A stretch of 64,000 nucleotides of DNA, taken from contig OY969474.1 in NCBI GenBank assembly GCA_963700145.1, forward strand, positions 224,001-288,000. Direction: 5' to 3'. Under the pieces are notes generated by a model. That model was not told where the DNA came from and made no database searches. It saw only the letters and a list, made by a program, of their open reading frames with translations. Of the stretch, positions 61,948-64,000 are shown piece after piece. Positions within the stretch are counted from its first letter, which is position 1; each line of letters begins with the position of its first letter. The position numbers and the translations under genes were made by a program. This stretch comes from an uncultured Acidobacteriota bacterium. GTDB taxonomy: Bacteria; Acidobacteriota; Thermoanaerobaculia; Multivoradales; UBA5704.

Positions 61948-62586
61948 TTGGACCCAATTACGGACGGAGAGCTCATGAGCCAGGTGCGCGACGGCGATCT
62001 CGAAAAGCTGGGCATCCTCTTCGAGAGACACCACCTTCGCCTCTTCAACTTCTTCCTGCGCATGACCGGCGATCGCGCCGCCAGCGAGGACCTGGTGCAG
62101 GAGGTGTTCGTCCGCATGCTCAAGTACCGCAAGAGCTTCCGCGAGCGCGGTGAGTTGCGGAGCCCGGTGATGGGCTCCGCGACCCGAGAGGCTGCCCGCC
62201 GGGGCGGGCAACTGATTCCGCATTCCGGGTTCACCTCCTGGATGTTCGCCCTGGCGCGCAACGTCTCGGCCGACTACTTCGGCCGCCGCCCGCGCGCCAC
62301 CGTCACCGACGAGGAGCTCGACGAGCGGCCGAGCGGCGACCCGCTGCCGCTCGAGCAGCTCGAGCTGGCCGAGTCGCTCGAGCAGCTGCGCGGCGCCCTG
62401 CTCAAGCTGCCGGAGGAGAAGCGCGAGCTGCTCCTGCTGACGCGCAGCGGCGGCCTGAGCTACGAACAGATCGCGGCGATCCTGGGCTGCAGCGCCGGAG
62501 CGGTGAAGGTGCGGGTGCACCGGGCGCTCCGCCACCTGCGGCAGGTCTTCCGGGCGCCGGAGATGGAGGCACAGCATGGAGCGTGA
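61948..62586 (+). CDS. ECF sigma-70 factor with a 25-aa insertion in region 2
   Basis: TDGELM, LFERH, SEDLVQEVF, FTSWMFALARN, LSYEQIA...VKVRVHRA. TTG start is inferred. Confidence 0.9.
   Translation: MDPITDGELMSQVRDGDLEKLGILFERHHLRLFNFFLRMTGDRAASEDLVQEVFVRMLKYRKSFRERGELRSPVMGSATREAARRGGQLIPHSGFTSWMFALARNVSADYFGRRPRATVTDEELDERPSGDPLPLEQLELAESLEQLRGALLKLPEEKRELLLLTRSGGLSYEQIAAILGCSAGAVKVRVHRALRHLRQVFRAPEMEAQHGA
62157..62231. repeat. 75-bp double-hairpin element inserted in frame
   Basis: Hairpins gcggagccc-N6-gggctccgc and tgcccgcc-gg-ggcgggca. Removing the segment restores G-E-F-T-S-W. Confidence 0.7.
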
Positions 62587-63307
62587 CGACTTCCGCCCCG
62601 AAAACGAGGAGGAGCTGCGGCTCTGGGAGGCGCTGGCGCGCCTGCCGGAGGAGGAGCCGGGCCCCGGCCTGCGGCGGCGCTTCTACCGCATGCTCGAAGA
62701 GGAGACCGCCGCCGCGGCGGCCGAGCGGCACCCCGCCCGCTCCGGCGGCTGGCGGCGGCGGCTCCTCGCTTTCTTGACGCCGCCGCGGCCGGCCTTCGCC
62801 GGGGGCCTGCAGTGGGCCCTGCCGGCGCTCGCCGTGGGCGTGCTCCTGGGGACCTTCCTGCCCGGCCGCGGCGCGGCGCCGCCGCAGGCCGACGTCGCCG
62901 CCCTGCGCCGGGAGGTTGGCTCCCTGTCGCGACTGGTCGCCCTGTCGCTGCTCGAGCAGGACTCGGCGAGCGAGCGGCTCAAGGGGGTGAGCTACGGCCG
63001 CGAGGTCGGCCCCTCCGACCCGCGCGTCCTCGACGCCCTGCTCGCGGCGGTGGCCGACGACCCGAACGACAACGTGCGCCTGGCGGCGATCGACGCCCTG
63101 GCCGGCGTCGCCGGCCGCCCCGGCGTCCAGCAGCAACTGATCGCGGGCTTCCCGCGCCAGGAGTCGCCGCTGGTGCAGATCGCCCTGGTCGACCTGCTCG
63201 CCGAGGCGCGCGGCGCCCGCCCGCGGCTGCAGCGCCTGGTGGACGACCCGCAGGTCGACCCGACGGTGCGCGACTACCTGCGGCGGCGTCTCGAACGACG
63301 GACCTGA
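62576..63307 (+). CDS. Putative anti-sigma factor with C-terminal HEAT repeats
   Basis: Overlaps the sigma stop; one TM helix; SASERLKGV, DPNDNVRLAAIDAL, SPLVQIALVDLL. Confidence 0.8.
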   Translation: MERDDFRPENEEELRLWEALARLPEEEPGPGLRRRFYRMLEEETAAAAAERHPARSGGWRRRLLAFLTPPRPAFAGGLQWALPALAVGVLLGTFLPGRGAAPPQADVAALRREVGSLSRLVALSLLEQDSASERLKGVSYGREVGPSDPRVLDALLAAVADDPNDNVRLAAIDALAGVAGRPGVQQQLIAGFPRQESPLVQIALVDLLAEARGARPRLQRLVDDPQVDPTVRDYLRRRLERRT

Positions 63308-63326
63308 CCTGAGGAAGGAGCCTGCG

Positions 63327-64000
63327 ATGCGACCGAGACTTACGAGCTCTCTGCTCGCCCTCTGCCTGATCGCCGCCGCGCGCCCCGCGAGCTGCGGCGA
63401 GCACGGGACCGGGACGAGGGGCTGGACCGAGGAGACCCGCACCCTGCGCGAGGCGTGGACCCTCGCCGCCGGCGGGCGGACGGTGGAGGTGGACAACTAC
63501 AGCGGCCCGATCGCCGTCATCGCCCATGCCGGCGACAGGGTCGAGGCGGTGATCCGCGAGACCGTTTCCGGCCGCGCGCCCGAAAAGCTCGCCGAGGCGC
63601 GGCAGGAGGTGAAGCTGGTCATGGAGCAGCGCGCCGACGGCGTCCACCTCGTCGTCGACGGCCCCTTCCGCTGCCGCGACGGCCAGAAGGGGAGCTGGAA
63701 CGACGGCTGGCGCGGCTGGGAGCGCGAGGGCTACAAGGTGGTCTACGCCTTCGAGCTGCGGGTGCCGAAAGAGGCGGACCTCGTCCTCGAGACCGTCGAC
63801 GACGGCGACGTGCGGGTGGACGGCGTCCACGGCCGCTTCGAGGTGCGCAACGTCAACGGCGACGTCGTCCTCGAGCGGATCGGCGGCGCCGGCGAGGCGC
63901 GCACCGTCAACGGGCCGCTGCGGGTCAGCTTCGCCGCCAACCCGAGCGGCCCCTCCGAGTTCGAGACCGTCAACGGCGAGGTGGACGTGGCCTTCCGCGC
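63327..64000 (+). CDS. 3'-truncated DUF4097-like (adhesin beta-strand repeat) exported protein
   Basis: AGGAAGGAG RBS and ATG; signal peptide; VDNYSGPI, LRVP, ETVDDGDV, RNVNGDV, RTVNGPL, ETVNGEV repeats. Confidence 0.8.
   Translation, partial: MRPRLTSSLLALCLIAAARPASCGEHGTGTRGWTEETRTLREAWTLAAGGRTVEVDNYSGPIAVIAHAGDRVEAVIRETVSGRAPEKLAEARQEVKLVMEQRADGVHLVVDGPFRCRDGQKGSWNDGWRGWEREGYKVVYAFELRVPKEADLVLETVDDGDVRVDGVHGRFEVRNVNGDVVLERIGGAGEARTVNGPLRVSFAANPSGPSEFETVNGEVDVAFR

Overview
This 64 kb window is very GC-rich bacterial DNA. Its secreted-protein domain repertoire suggests Acidobacteriota (inference, not tested). Housekeeping content includes truA, tRNA-Glu(TTC), a partial complex I cluster (nuoB-nuoCD-nuoI), korAB, an M16 peptidase pair, ppk2, trxC, tag and an S8 protease. 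Several accessory modules are interleaved. (1) A tRNA-anchored islet carries a TIR/NB-ARC/Apaf-1-helical/WD40 NLR-like gene and three intact antitoxins whose toxins are absent or internally deleted. (2) A compact putative biosynthetic operon encodes a 63-aa peptide, a PaaK-like ligase, a radical SAM/SPASM enzyme, a ceramidase-like hydrolase and an aldo-keto reductase. (3) Two paralogous secreted tail-fibre-like proteins carry different C-terminal modules. (4) A 2081-aa repeat adhesin is followed by three tail-collar genes, an IS5 element, a GNAT and a nearby DUF6916 gene. (5) Two divergent ECF sigma/anti-sigma/HEAT operons end the window, and one sigma carries a 75-bp in-frame palindromic insertion. 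Also seen: GTAG-type REPs, three unrelated 21-bp-period arrays, a kup remnant, a double-frameshifted response regulator and a duplicated signal peptide. All calls come from reading motifs by eye; no database searches were run.
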